A model generated the notes under the pieces. The model was not told the origin of the DNA. It saw nothing but the letters and a program-made list of their open reading frames with translations, and searched no databases. Shown here piece after piece: positions 10,756-21,304 of a DNA stretch of 64,000 bases. Origin of the DNA: an uncultured Methanoregulaceae archaeon (GTDB lineage Archaea; Halobacteriota; Methanomicrobia; Methanomicrobiales; Methanospirillaceae); the NCBI GenBank assembly GCA_964605795.1, contig CAZSDZ010000010.1, positions 1,372 through 65,371 of the forward strand, in the 5' to 3' direction. The position numbers were made by a program, and so were the translations under genes. Numbering within the stretch: position 1 is the stretch's first letter; every line of letters starts with the position of its first letter.

Positions 10756-13551
10756 TTATAAAAACACTTTTTGCATCGCTAAAACTCGTTTTTCCGGCAA
10801 TCCTAAAATCAATGCCATTTCTTTCGGGTCGGCACCCTTGATCGTCTTACCATTATAGATACCGGCACGATAGAGCCGTTGCAGGGTCGCTTCACCGATT
10901 CCGTCCCCTGCAAGGAGTTCTGCTTTTCCTTTCAAAAAGGCAGTATTGGTTACTTTTTCAGGAACAGGCTGTCCCAATGCCCTGGCGATCAGGGACAGGT
11001 GGCGGTAAACGGTCTCAATGGTGATTCCGGTCTTACTCGCAATGTAAGGCATCGGAGTATTGATAAGGCTTTCCGGAGTAATGAACCCGGCATCCTGGTA
11101 TCTGGTGATACTTACCGCCGGAACTCCATAGGATCGCATCCTCTCTTTCCCTGAGAGCAGTAACGCAGAGTTATGAACCGCAGTTGCTTCATCCTCAGTC
11201 ATTCCTGCATCCCGCAGTTGCCCAACCGTTGCGTTTGCCAGATCATTTACCTCGTTAAAACCCATCGTATGTAAGGCATTCATTACGCGGGCGTGACTTC
11301 TCCCCTTTTTTGGCGGGATAAGTTTTCTGATGAATTTCTTACAGAGCGATCGTTTCTTTAAGAGATCCATCACCGTTGCAGCCTCGTGGTTTATTTTTTC
11401 TGCAAGAATCACATCAATTCCGGTTCTGCGAGCCAGATCATCTCCTTTCATCTTCGAGAGATCGTATACCGAGAATATCCCGCTCCCGGTTATTGTGCTC
11501 CAGATCTCATCCGTCATTGAGGGCATCATGGCATAGATCTCTCTCTGTTGAGAGAGATGATGACAGAACGGACAGCCTATCTCCCAGGGTCTGGCACCCT
11601 TGGCAACAAGATTGACATGATACAGATGGTGCTGGTCACATATGTTCTTTGTCCGTACTGCAAAACCCCACATACTGCCGGGCAGCCCGATGTTAAAGGT
11701 ACAATCCGGATAGGCTGTGCAACCGATAAACTGAGTCTGCCCTCGTATATGATGAATCCGTAAATCATTTCCACAAACAGGACAAGGACCAATCGTATAC
11801 TCCTCATTTGTCTGTTCCATGATCTCTCTGCCGATCTGCTCCCCGTTTAACTCCAGAGCATCAAAGACGTGATGAAGCATTTTTTGTGAATCAGAGACGA
11901 CCTCATCTTTTGTTATCTTCCGGTCACGGATGTTACCCATCTCCTCTTCGAGAGCACGTGTCATATCCGGATTTGTAATGGCATCAGCGTGGGATTTAAG
12001 GGATTCTGATACTGCTCTACCAACAAGGGTGGGACGGAGTGGTGATCCTTCGATATATTTTCGTGAAATGAGCTTTTGTATCACCTCATGTCTGGTACTC
12101 TTCGTTCCGAGGCCTAACTCCTCCATCTGCTGGATAAGCTTACTTTGTGAATACCGGGGAGGAGGTATTGTCTCTTTCTCAGAAAGATCTATTGATATGA
12201 TAGGAAGGATCTCCCCTTTGGATACCGGGGGCAGCAGGTTATCTTTTGCTTCACTGTAGGGATATACTGTTCTCCACCCCGGTTCCTGCAGGCGGCTTCC
12301 TGTTGATGTATAGGGTTCTTTCCCGGCAGCGAGTGAGATCTTTACCGTCAGCCACAATGCATCAGGGGAGAGGGTTGCAAGGAACCTTCTGACGATAAGT
12401 TCATACACCTTCCAGTTCTCTCCAAGCTGATCCGGTGTTGCTCTCCCGGTCGGGTGGATAGGAGGGTGATCGGTTGAAGATTTCTTCCCCCTTGTCGGGC
12501 TCTCCCGCTTGTTTTTTCTGACCCACACAATCTCCTCGTCAAAAGAACCCCCCGATATATCGGTTAAAATTGTGTTGATAGAAAGAGATGGCGGATAGAT
12601 GGTATTATCAGTCCTGGGATAGGAGATAAAACCGTTCATATAGAGTTCTTCGGCGATACGCATGGCATTTGCAGCGGAAAGTCCGAATCGACCTGCTGCA
12701 ACGATAAACCCGGTGGTATCAAACGGGGTTGGTGCCAGGTCACGCCTGACCCCTTCTTTTGTATCTAAAACGGTTAGAGGCTCTTTCGTTGCCTGATATG
12801 CAACCTCTGCCTCACTTTTGTCCCAGAATTTTCCATGAACGTGTCTGGCAGAAAAGGGCGTACCATCTTTCTCTGTGGATACACTCAGTTCCCAGTATGG
12901 TTCAGGAATGAAAGCCTCGATCTCATGTTCCCGATCCACGATCATGGCAAGTGTCGGGCTCTGTACCCTGCCGACAGATAATATGTTATTTCCACCCCGT
13001 TTTGCTGCAAGACTGATAAAACGGGTAAGAGAAGCTCCCCACATGAGATCAATAACCTGTCGCGCCTCTCCTGCAGATGCAAGATCGAAATCAATCCCGG
13101 TGGTGTGAAAGAATGCATCTTCAATCTCTTTTCTGGTTATCGCCGAGAACCGTGCACGGTCAACCGGTACCGTTGCATGAGCAGACCTCACAATCTCGTA
13201 TGCTTCCTTTCCGATCAGTTCTCCCTCGGTATCAAAATCAGTAGCGATAGTGACGCGGTCTGACTTTTTCGATAGTCTCCTGACAAGATTAACGATCCCC
13301 GGTTCTGTCGGCCTTTTTAAGGTTTTTGCATCGATAAGAGACCGGGGAGGGAAGGTCTCAGAACGCCAGTTGGAATATCCGGGAACAAAATCAACCTCAA
13401 CGACATGACCACGCAGACCGATAACGGTGGTATCAGAAAACTGGTAGATGGTTGTTTTTCCCTCGCGCTTCTGGGAGACTTTTCCGTTTCCCGCAAGAAT
13501 CTGTGCAATTCTTGCAGCAGCGATATTCTTCTCGGCAATAATAAGATGCAT
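10756..13551 (-). CDS. topA: DNA topoisomerase I (type IA) with Zn-ribbon and helix-hairpin-helix C-terminal region
   Basis: Toprim N-terminus (LIIAEK, TDFDTEGE), active-site ISYPRTDN, CPVCG...C..YPDC zinc ribbon, and a GIGEATLQRL-type HhH motif in the tail. Confidence 0.95.
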   Translation of the reverse strand: MHLIIAEKNIAAARIAQILAGNGKVSQKREGKTTIYQFSDTTVIGLRGHVVEVDFVPGYSNWRSETFPPRSLIDAKTLKRPTEPGIVNLVRRLSKKSDRVTIATDFDTEGELIGKEAYEIVRSAHATVPVDRARFSAITRKEIEDAFFHTTGIDFDLASAGEARQVIDLMWGASLTRFISLAAKRGGNNILSVGRVQSPTLAMIVDREHEIEAFIPEPYWELSVSTEKDGTPFSARHVHGKFWDKSEAEVAYQATKEPLTVLDTKEGVRRDLAPTPFDTTGFIVAAGRFGLSAANAMRIAEELYMNGFISYPRTDNTIYPPSLSINTILTDISGGSFDEEIVWVRKNKRESPTRGKKSSTDHPPIHPTGRATPDQLGENWKVYELIVRRFLATLSPDALWLTVKISLAAGKEPYTSTGSRLQEPGWRTVYPYSEAKDNLLPPVSKGEILPIISIDLSEKETIPPPRYSQSKLIQQMEELGLGTKSTRHEVIQKLISRKYIEGSPLRPTLVGRAVSESLKSHADAITNPDMTRALEEEMGNIRDRKITKDEVVSDSQKMLHHVFDALELNGEQIGREIMEQTNEEYTIGPCPVCGNDLRIHHIRGQTQFIGCTAYPDCTFNIGLPGSMWGFAVRTKNICDQHHLYHVNLVAKGARPWEIGCPFCHHLSQQREIYAMMPSMTDEIWSTITGSGIFSVYDLSKMKGDDLARRTGIDVILAEKINHEAATVMDLLKKRSLCKKFIRKLIPPKKGRSHARVMNALHTMGFNEVNDLANATVGQLRDAGMTEDEATAVHNSALLLSGKERMRSYGVPAVSITRYQDAGFITPESLINTPMPYIASKTGITIETVYRHLSLIARALGQPVPEKVTNTAFLKGKAELLAGDGIGEATLQRLYRAGIYNGKTIKGADPKEMALILGLPEKRVLAMQKVFL

Positions 13552-13557
13552 GGATGT

Positions 13558-14979
13558 TTATTCCTCTTTCTTAAGCCTGCTTACTAATAAGGTGTTTAAC
13601 TGGGCAGGATCTGCACGCCCCCTGCTCTTTTTCATGACCTGTCCAACGAGATAATTCAATGCTTCTTTCTTTCCATCGTAATAATCCTTTACCGCCTGCG
13701 GATTTTCTTTAATAACATCCCCGACCATCCCTGCAATCTCGTTTCCTCCTGTTTTTGCAAGCCCCAGACGGGCAATAATTGCGGTTGGTGTCTCGATAGG
13801 TTTTTCTTCTGCTACCTGATCCAACATGGCCCGAAGGACCTCAACGCCACTTTTATCGGTAATCACCTCTTTTGCAAGATGACTGAGCAGGTCCGTGAAG
13901 TGGGATGGCGGTACCGAATCAATTGACATATCACGATAGTTCAGTTCCCCGAGGAGGTAATCTGCAATCCATGTTGATGCAAGTGCCGGGTTATTGCCTG
14001 CGACACTCTCAAAGAAGTCGGCTGTTTTCTTGGATCCGGTCAGGGTTTTTGCGTGTTCTGATAAACATCCGTATATGGTTTTAAATCGTTCACGCCGTGC
14101 ATCCGGCAGTTCGGGTAAAATTATCGTATCTACCCATGATTTGACCTGCAGGGGGAGCAGATCAGGTTCGGGAAAATATCGGTAATCATTCTCTTCTTCT
14201 TTCGATCGGGATGAGGTTGTAACTCCGCGACTCTCCAGGAAATGCCTTGTTTCCCGTTCTACGGTAAGTCCCCTTCTGATAACGTTCTTCTGTCGTGTCA
14301 CCTCAAAGAGCAGGGCTTTCTCAACCCCTTTGTAACTCGAGATGTTTTTTATCTCAACACGGTTACTGCCCTTTATCGAGATGTTGGCATCTACCCGGAG
14401 CGATCCCTCTGCCTCACTGTCAAATACATTCAGGTACTCAAGGGTAGCTCTCATCTTGTTGAGAAGACGCCGTGCCTCTTTTGGTGACCTGAGATCCGGT
14501 TCGGTAACGATCTCGATAAGAGGTATTCCGGCCCGGTTGTAATCAACCAGAGTATATCTTCCCCGTTCCTGCGAACCCATATGAACTGATCTTCCCGGAT
14601 CCTCTTCAAGATGAATCCGTGTTATCCTTACCTTCTTCTCTCCGTTATCCCCGTCGATTAAGATATACCCGCTCTCTGCGAGTGGTTTATCATACTGGGT
14701 TATCTGGTATGCCTTGTCTAAGTCAGGGTAAAAGTAATTTTTCCGTGAAAACTCACATTCAAAGAGAACCTCACAATGCAGTGCCTTTGCGACCATAAGG
14801 GCATATTCAACTGCCTTTTTATTGAGCATCGGCATGGATCCCGGCAACCCGAGGCAGACAGGGCAGGTATGTGTGTTCGGTTCATCGCTCCGAAAATCAG
14901 TATCACATCCACAGAAGAGTTTTGATGCAGTATGTAACTGGCAGTGTATCTCAAGTCCGATAATGATATCATCTGTCAT
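13558..14979 (-). CDS. gatB: Asp-tRNA(Asn)/Glu-tRNA(Gln) amidotransferase subunit B
   Basis: GLEIHCQL N-terminus and a C-terminal YqeY-like tail. Overlaps the gatA stop by 11 nt. Confidence 0.95.
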   Translation of the reverse strand: MTDDIIIGLEIHCQLHTASKLFCGCDTDFRSDEPNTHTCPVCLGLPGSMPMLNKKAVEYALMVAKALHCEVLFECEFSRKNYFYPDLDKAYQITQYDKPLAESGYILIDGDNGEKKVRITRIHLEEDPGRSVHMGSQERGRYTLVDYNRAGIPLIEIVTEPDLRSPKEARRLLNKMRATLEYLNVFDSEAEGSLRVDANISIKGSNRVEIKNISSYKGVEKALLFEVTRQKNVIRRGLTVERETRHFLESRGVTTSSRSKEEENDYRYFPEPDLLPLQVKSWVDTIILPELPDARRERFKTIYGCLSEHAKTLTGSKKTADFFESVAGNNPALASTWIADYLLGELNYRDMSIDSVPPSHFTDLLSHLAKEVITDKSGVEVLRAMLDQVAEEKPIETPTAIIARLGLAKTGGNEIAGMVGDVIKENPQAVKDYYDGKKEALNYLVGQVMKKSRGRADPAQLNTLLVSRLKKEE

Positions 14980-16282
14980 GTTTCACCTCCTGCTCAAAGG
15001 CATATGCAGCATCAATAATACTCTCCTCTTGAAAGGGTCTTCCCATGATCTGTAGGCCGATCGGCATCTTTTCGACTGTTCCACAGGGAATGGATATTGC
15101 AGGAACTCCTGCGAGGTTTGCAGGAACCGTGAGGATATCTGCAAGGAACATCTGGAGTGGGTCTTTTGTCTTTTCTCCCAACCGGTATGCAATGGTTGGC
15201 ATCGTCGGACCAACGATAATGTCTACCTGGGAGAGAATCCTCGTAAAATCTTCCCGTACCATCCTTCGTGCAGCCTGTGCCTTCTGGTAATATCTGCCAT
15301 AGTAGCCTTCTGAGAGTGCAAACGTTCCGAGCATTATCCGGCGTCTGACCTCTTTTCCGAAATATTCGTGCCGATAATCAGAGAACGCATCGTGCCAGCG
15401 TTTTTTCATGTTAACGGCCGGACCATAGCGTATTCCGTCGAACCTTGCAAGGTTTGAGCTTGCTTCGCTTGTGCAGATAACATAGTACGCTGCGAGGGAG
15501 TACTGCATTGAGGGCATCCGGCAGGGGATGAGTTCTGCTCCCATGGATGAACAGATATCAAGTGCACCGGTAATGGTTTCCCTGACTGCCGGATCAACCC
15601 CCTCTCCAAAATACTCATCAGGAATACCAATTTTCAGACCATCCATAACGCCAGAATCAGGTTCATGGGTGTAGGGCCGGTCTGCGGATGTTGCATCGCG
15701 GGGATCGTGCCCGGCAATAACAGAAAAGATCCGGGAAACACCGGTAACATCCCTGGCCATCGGTCCTATTTGTTCGAGAGAGTTGGCATATGCAATCAGA
15801 CCAAACCGGGACACCCGTCCGTAACTTGGCTTTAATCCAACGATACCGCAAAAAGATGCAGGACAGCGGATGGAACCCCCGGTATCTGACCCAAGAGCAT
15901 ACGGAACCATTCCGGCTGCCACGGCAGCTGCTGATCCTCCGGAGGATCCCCCGGGAACCCGACTGCTATCATGCGGGTTTGTGGTGGGTCCGAATGCACT
16001 TGATTCTGTTGTTGTACCCATCCCGAACTCGTCCATGTTTGTCTTTCCCACGATTGCAGCACCTGCACGTCTGAGGAGGGTTATTACATGGGCATCGTAG
16101 GGAGGAATATATCCCCGCAATATCGCAGAACCACAGGTCGTCTCGATGCCTGAGGTAGATATATTGTCTTTTATTGCTACCGGTACCCCTGATAATGGAC
16201 CCTCTGAATATTCTGCATCCCGAACCGTTGTGATAAAGGCATTATGGGGATCCAGAGGATGGAATGTCATGCTTCCCATCAC
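14969..16282 (-). CDS. gatA: Asp-tRNA(Asn)/Glu-tRNA(Gln) amidotransferase subunit A
   Basis: Amidase signature GGSSGGSAAAVA and KDNI motif. The start overlaps the gatC stop. Confidence 0.95.
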   Translation of the reverse strand: MMGSMTFHPLDPHNAFITTVRDAEYSEGPLSGVPVAIKDNISTSGIETTCGSAILRGYIPPYDAHVITLLRRAGAAIVGKTNMDEFGMGTTTESSAFGPTTNPHDSSRVPGGSSGGSAAAVAAGMVPYALGSDTGGSIRCPASFCGIVGLKPSYGRVSRFGLIAYANSLEQIGPMARDVTGVSRIFSVIAGHDPRDATSADRPYTHEPDSGVMDGLKIGIPDEYFGEGVDPAVRETITGALDICSSMGAELIPCRMPSMQYSLAAYYVICTSEASSNLARFDGIRYGPAVNMKKRWHDAFSDYRHEYFGKEVRRRIMLGTFALSEGYYGRYYQKAQAARRMVREDFTRILSQVDIIVGPTMPTIAYRLGEKTKDPLQMFLADILTVPANLAGVPAISIPCGTVEKMPIGLQIMGRPFQEESIIDAAYAFEQEVKHDR

Positions 16283-16548
16283 ATCACCCGGGGGGCCTTT
16301 ATGTATCCCTCTTCTGTCTCCCCTGCATTGCGGAGGGCATCTTCCGAAGGAAGTGACGGGGTAATCCTATCTTCTCGAAGAATGGTGTGGAGATCCCCGG
16401 CATGGGTTCGTTCTTCTGGTAATTCCTCGAGAACAGCAAAGTAGTCAAGAATCCGGGTAAACTGATCTGAGAATTCCTTGAGCTCTGACTCATCAATTCC
16501 GACGTCAGCCAGCTTTCCGACATGCATGACGTCTTTTTCGGTAACCAT
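16279..16548 (-). CDS. gatC: Asp-tRNA(Asn)/Glu-tRNA(Gln) amidotransferase subunit C
   Basis: 89 aa with a GatC-like sequence (V.HVGKLA...E...F..Q...IL.Y), lying directly upstream of gatA. Confidence 0.85.
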   Translation of the reverse strand: MVTEKDVMHVGKLADVGIDESELKEFSDQFTRILDYFAVLEELPEERTHAGDLHTILREDRITPSLPSEDALRNAGETEEGYIKAPRVM

Positions 16549-16554
16549 TGGTGT

Positions 16555-17550
16555 TCAGGTCCTCCTTAAACTATTTATGTAGTCTTGAACCGACGTGTTA
16601 TAACCATTATGACGGGCAAGCCGTTTTATCTCTTTCCAGATCCCTGTCCCGTATTGCATTGCTTTTTTCTCATAATAGGCAAATTCTGCAGGGATGTGGC
16701 GCGCAGCAACAGTTCGGAGCGGTCGTTTTCTGACTCCTTTCGTGATCAGTTCACTAACTGGTATCTGTGATGCTGCGCAGACAACACGCGTGTCAAGGTA
16801 GGGCATCGAGAGGTACGTCGCATGACAGGCAGCTGTTCTCTGGTCCCGGGATAGCTGGTATGCGAGGTTGAGAAAATCCTTCTGTAATACCGATGCCAGG
16901 TCTGGTGAGTGTACGTGGCGGGTGTATCCTCCAAAGAGTTCATCGGCGCCCTGACCGGTCAGAATCCGCCGGTATCCGAGTTCTGATGCATACTCGCTGA
17001 TACAAAAGAGCGAGGTTGCGATACCGACGTCAACCGGTGACCATGCGGGATCAAGAGTAACGACGATGGTTAGCGCCTCTTCGATATCTCGTGGAGTGAC
17101 GATTCGTGTCTCGAGCGATAAACCAAGGTTTTGGGAGACATGCGTTGCCTGCCTGATATCATGGGAATCTTTACAGCCGACAGAGATGCAGGGCAGTCTG
17201 GAGAGGTATGCGACCAGGGTTGAGTCAACACCGCCTGAGAGAGCAGTAACGCCGGTATCAGAACGTAACCTGACTGCAGTGATGATGGCTTCCTCGAGTG
17301 TCAGCTGTTCTGCCGGTGGCTCTATGGTGCCGATGATTCTGCCGTTATGAGAAAGCGTTCCTGCAGGACAGGATCCCGGAATAATCCCGTAATGATCGCG
17401 GGCATTGTATCCATTCCATGAAAGATAGAATTCTCCCCCGCATGAGAGAATTTTCTGCGGATTTGTTGAGAGGGTTGTGATAAGTTCAGCATTATTGAGA
17501 GGATTGCCCTTGTACTCGACCCATCCGGTGAGATCCATAAACAATCTCAT
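16555..17550 (-). CDS. Asparagine synthase (AsnB)-family ATP-pyrophosphatase domain protein without an N-terminal glutaminase domain
   Basis: PP-loop SGGVDSTLVA and GQGADELFGGY are typical of the AsnB C-terminal domain. The N-terminus is only about 95 aa and lacks the Cys2 nucleophile. The stop is 6 nt from the gatC start. Confidence 0.7.
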   Translation of the reverse strand: MRLFMDLTGWVEYKGNPLNNAELITTLSTNPQKILSCGGEFYLSWNGYNARDHYGIIPGSCPAGTLSHNGRIIGTIEPPAEQLTLEEAIITAVRLRSDTGVTALSGGVDSTLVAYLSRLPCISVGCKDSHDIRQATHVSQNLGLSLETRIVTPRDIEEALTIVVTLDPAWSPVDVGIATSLFCISEYASELGYRRILTGQGADELFGGYTRHVHSPDLASVLQKDFLNLAYQLSRDQRTAACHATYLSMPYLDTRVVCAASQIPVSELITKGVRKRPLRTVAARHIPAEFAYYEKKAMQYGTGIWKEIKRLARHNGYNTSVQDYINSLRRT

Positions 17551-17678
17551 CTGGTAGAATCTCTTTCTACTAGAATTTACCGTTCAGGGACCGTCTGAAT
17601 TTTCGGCTGAAGACCACCGGTTTTTTGGATCCTCACTTCTCAATATCTATTTTACCTCATGCGTTCAACGTGATTAGC

Positions 17679-17763
17679 GCGAGGGTAGCTAAGCCAGGCC
17701 AAAGGCGGCGGACTTAAGATCCGTTCTCGAAGGAGTCCGTGGGTTCGAATCCCATCCCTCGCA
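17679..17763 (+). tRNA. tRNA-Leu (anticodon UAA), class II with long variable arm
   Basis: Hand-folded cloverleaf: acceptor GCGAGGG/CCCTCGC, anticodon stem GCGGA/TCCGT with loop CTTAAGA, variable arm CTC-GAAG-GAG, T-arm GTGGG-TTCGAAT-CCCAT, discriminator A. No CCA is encoded. Confidence 0.9.
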
Positions 17764-18104
17764 TTGTTCTTTTGGATCATTTAGGATTTGAAAAAACAGA
17801 ACTATTTTTTCTGGTTCATTTCCAAGTACTCACTTAAACGAAGCCTCAAAGGCGGCAGTTGAAATAAGAATAGGGAGTCTGTTGGGATTTTAGAGAGATT
17901 AGAACCCTTTTTTTGTATTCCTCTCAATCTATGACTTGATCCTCAAAATTCCTGATCAGTATGATGGGTGTGATTCTTCTTTAAAAAGAGGGGCATTACG
18001 TATTCTTTTTTCCGGATAGCGTAATGGTCTGCGTAAATTGAATTCATTTCCCTGGTATACTGGTGACGGTAAACCTGTCTCAAGAAAGTATTTGTGCGTG
18101 TACC

Positions 18105-20141
18105 ATGCACGTTTATGGCATGCAAACCAGGATAATCCTAGTGCTAATGAGTATTGGAATCCTGTTTGGTGGTGGTATTGCCGCAACGGTGACCGCTGCT
18201 GAACAGAATGCTACTGCTCTCTACGAAGAGGGCCTTGCCCTGTTTGAGAGTAACCAGACCGAAGAAGCAGCCCGGTTATTTGATGAGGCAATCGCTATCG
18301 ATCCAAATTACACAGATGCGTGGTTTAAGAAAGGAGGTGCAGCGTTCCTTCTCCGGAATTACGAGGATGCAGTAAGCGCATACACCCGGGTTACCGAGCT
18401 GGATCCTGAACGGGTACAAGCATACCGCAATATTGTCTTTATCTATAATGAACAGAGGATGTTTGATGAAGCTCTTGCTGCCGCAGATAATCTCTTATCC
18501 CTCTTCCCTGACAATGATCAGACCTGGTATGATAAGGGGCGTATCCTCATGGAGATGGAAGATTATGAGAATGCAATAGCGGCATTTGACGAATCGATAC
18601 GCCTGGTTCCTGAGAATGACGCTGCATATTACTGGAAAGGCATTATCTATGGCGGGATTCTTGAGGATTATGAGCAGTCACGGGATGCATTAGAGAAGGC
18701 GTATGAGATTAATCCTGATAATTTTGCAGTCAATTATGAGATCGGACTGTTATATCTCGATCATGACAATCTCTACGAGGATGCCCTGGCATCCTTTGAT
18801 GCAGTACTTGAAACTGAGCCTAAGTATGTTCAGGGATGGTACCAGAAAGGTCGTGCAAATCTTGCTCTGGGAAATGAAGAAGAAGCAATAGAAGCCTTCC
18901 AGAAAGTCGTGGAGCTCGATCCTGATAACCTGAGTGAACTTCTTGATGATGCCTGGTATTACACGGGATCAGCCCGGTACGGACTCGGCAATACCGAGGA
19001 AGCAATTGAGGCATACCGGCAGACAGCAACGCTCAATCCCGAACATGCCGCTGCGTATGTGGATATCAGTGGTATTCTCAATGGAGAAGAGCGGTATGAT
19101 GAAGCAATAGAAGCGACGAATGCAGCTCTTGCGATAAATCCGGATCTCGCACCCGCATATTACAACCGCGGAGTCGCGAATATGGGTTTAGAGCGGTACG
19201 ATGATGCAGCAACTGACTTTAACAAGGTAACCGGACTTGATTCCACAAATGCGAATGCATGGTTCTATCTTGGCAATATCTACGCTGACAAGAAGGATTT
19301 CGAGACAGCAATAATCGCCTACGATAAGGCTGCAGAGATAGATCCGACAAATATGGATGCAAAGTACTTTGCCGCAGTATCGTTGATGGAGATTGAGGAC
19401 GTTGAACTTGCTGAACCGGTTCTTCAGACGGTGGTAAACGACCCGTCCTACCAGGACAATGCTGCTGCCTGGGAGATGTATGGACGAACCCTCGGCGCAG
19501 CAGAGAAGTATCCCGAGGCAATTAATGCCTTTAACAAGGCAATTGAATTGGATCCTGCATTTACTGAGGCGTTAATTAATCTCGGAACAATATATAATGA
19601 GCAGAAAGAATACGAAAAGGCACTTGGTACTTTCAAGGATGCACTCGATCTCGGTACAAACCTGACCGAAGTGTACTATAACCTGGGAACAACCAGCCAT
19701 AATCTGGGTTCCTATGAAGATGCTCTCGGGTATTATGACGAAGTAATAGCCCTCGAACCTGCTCTTCGGGCGTATAACAGCAAGGGTCTCACCCTCCTTG
19801 AACTGGATCGGTACGAAGATGCGGTAGAAGCCTTTGATGAGGCAATAACATTTAACCAGCATGATGCGACGGTCTGGTTCAACAAGGGAACCGCTCTGTT
19901 TAAGGCAGGAGATCTTGAGGAAGCAAAGGAAGCATTTCTTGAGGTTATCTCAATTAATCCTGATGATTCCGTGGCAAAAGAGACGGTAGAACAGATCGAT
20001 GCGCTCCTTGCAGCACCCGATTCCGAACAGGTCGTGTCTGATGAAAATACCGTAAGTACCGAAGAAGCTGAGAGTGCCGGCGACGAAGAAGGTCTTGCAG
20101 CAAACCTGACCGAAGAGACAGGTCCGGATCTGGAAGAATAA
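18105..20141 (+). CDS. Secreted or membrane-anchored TPR-repeat protein
   Basis: N-terminal hydrophobic segment (IILVLMSIGILFGGGIAATV) followed by more than 15 tandem 34-aa TPR units (A...Y..A...DP....AW..G) and an acidic tail. Start at 18105 or 18120. Confidence 0.85.
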   Translation: MHVYGMQTRIILVLMSIGILFGGGIAATVTAAEQNATALYEEGLALFESNQTEEAARLFDEAIAIDPNYTDAWFKKGGAAFLLRNYEDAVSAYTRVTELDPERVQAYRNIVFIYNEQRMFDEALAAADNLLSLFPDNDQTWYDKGRILMEMEDYENAIAAFDESIRLVPENDAAYYWKGIIYGGILEDYEQSRDALEKAYEINPDNFAVNYEIGLLYLDHDNLYEDALASFDAVLETEPKYVQGWYQKGRANLALGNEEEAIEAFQKVVELDPDNLSELLDDAWYYTGSARYGLGNTEEAIEAYRQTATLNPEHAAAYVDISGILNGEERYDEAIEATNAALAINPDLAPAYYNRGVANMGLERYDDAATDFNKVTGLDSTNANAWFYLGNIYADKKDFETAIIAYDKAAEIDPTNMDAKYFAAVSLMEIEDVELAEPVLQTVVNDPSYQDNAAAWEMYGRTLGAAEKYPEAINAFNKAIELDPAFTEALINLGTIYNEQKEYEKALGTFKDALDLGTNLTEVYYNLGTTSHNLGSYEDALGYYDEVIALEPALRAYNSKGLTLLELDRYEDAVEAFDEAITFNQHDATVWFNKGTALFKAGDLEEAKEAFLEVISINPDDSVAKETVEQIDALLAAPDSEQVVSDENTVSTEEAESAGDEEGLAANLTEETGPDLEE

Positions 20142-20168
20142 CCTGCTCTAAACTCTCATAAAATTCTC

Positions 20169-20175
20169 TTTTTTT
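20169..20175 (+). terminator. Oligo-T tract (T7) after the TPR gene
   Basis: T7 run 28 nt after the stop codon. Confidence 0.35.
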
Positions 20176-20324
20176 AAAAGCCCGGCTTTAATTGTTACGT
20201 TCTATTGACCAGATCGATACCATCAAGTCTTCTTCTCGTTTCACCTATAATGTACAGAAAGAGATCTGGTCAGGACCATACTGATAGTTTCATCCTGCAG
20301 ATCGTCAGAGCGTGGAGTGAAGAA

Positions 20325-21293
20325 ATGGAGCAGGGTCATACCATATGGATAGAACAGTACCGTCCAAAGAAACTGAGTGAAATTGTAGGACAGGCCAATA
20401 TTATCGAGCGGCTGATGAGTTATGTCGATGCTGGTTCTATGCCACATCTCCTCTTTACCGGCAATGCCGGAGTGGGGAAAACAACAGCAGCGGTTGCACT
20501 TGCACGGGAGTTCTTTGGAGAGGACTGGCGGATGAACTTTCGTGAACTGAATGCCTCAGATGATCGCGGAATAGATGTTGTCAGAAACCAGGTGAAACAG
20601 TTTGCACGGACATCACCGTTTGGAGGTGTAGCATTTAAGATCCTGTTTCTGGACGAGGCCGATGCACTGACCAGTGATGCACAGTCTGCGCTGCGCAGGA
20701 CCATGGAGACATATGCAATGTCCTGCAGGTTTATACTCTCCTGTAATTACTCGTCAAAGATAATCGATCCCATCCAGAGCCGTTGCGCTGTATACCGATT
20801 CCGGTCGCTCGATAATGAAGCAATTACAACCATGGTCCAGAGAATTGGTCATGAGCAGAATCTTGTCATTACTCCTGAAATTTCTGATGCCATCTGTTTT
20901 GTTGCACAGGGAGACATGAGAAAAGCCATCAATGCTCTTCAGGGCGCTGCCATCCTCTCATCTGAAATAAACCCTGATATGATCTACGCTATCACGGCAA
21001 CCGCACAGCCAGAAGAGTTGCAGGAGTTACTGGATCTCTGCAGGAGCGGGAACTTTGAAGGAGCAGAGCAGGTACTTGGTACGTTATTGCATGAACGCGG
21101 GATTGCACCGCAGGAGTTGCTTGGTCAGCTGTACCGGGTAGTTACCCGGATGGATCTTCCGACTGATGTCCGCCTTCTTCTTGTGGATAATATCGGTGAG
21201 ACTGATTTCCGCCTGTCAGAAGGGGCTAATAGTGACATCCAGATGGAAGCACTGATTGCAAAGTGCGTCATGGCTTTCGAACGTTCCCGGTAA
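20325..21293 (+). CDS. rfcS: Replication factor C small subunit
   Basis: W.EQYRPK..SEIVGQ, Walker [15 protein letters not shown] and SRC motif (QSRCAVYRF). ATG at 20325; the upstream 40-codon extension is judged spurious. Confidence 0.95.
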   Translation: MEQGHTIWIEQYRPKKLSEIVGQANIIERLMSYVDAGSMPHLLFTGNAGVGKTTAAVALAREFFGEDWRMNFRELNASDDRGIDVVRNQVKQFARTSPFGGVAFKILFLDEADALTSDAQSALRRTMETYAMSCRFILSCNYSSKIIDPIQSRCAVYRFRSLDNEAITTMVQRIGHEQNLVITPEISDAICFVAQGDMRKAINALQGAAILSSEINPDMIYAITATAQPEELQELLDLCRSGNFEGAEQVLGTLLHERGIAPQELLGQLYRVVTRMDLPTDVRLLLVDNIGETDFRLSEGANSDIQMEALIAKCVMAFERSR

Positions 21294-21304
21294 TAACCAG
21301 TGAT

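Noticed and set aside
17764-18104. Possible integrated element next to tRNA-Leu, in the AT-rich 340-bp region downstream.
   Set aside because: I found no integrase or phage-like genes nearby. By eye I found no direct repeat of the tRNA 3' half anywhere downstream in the window. The next gene is an ordinary TPR protein.
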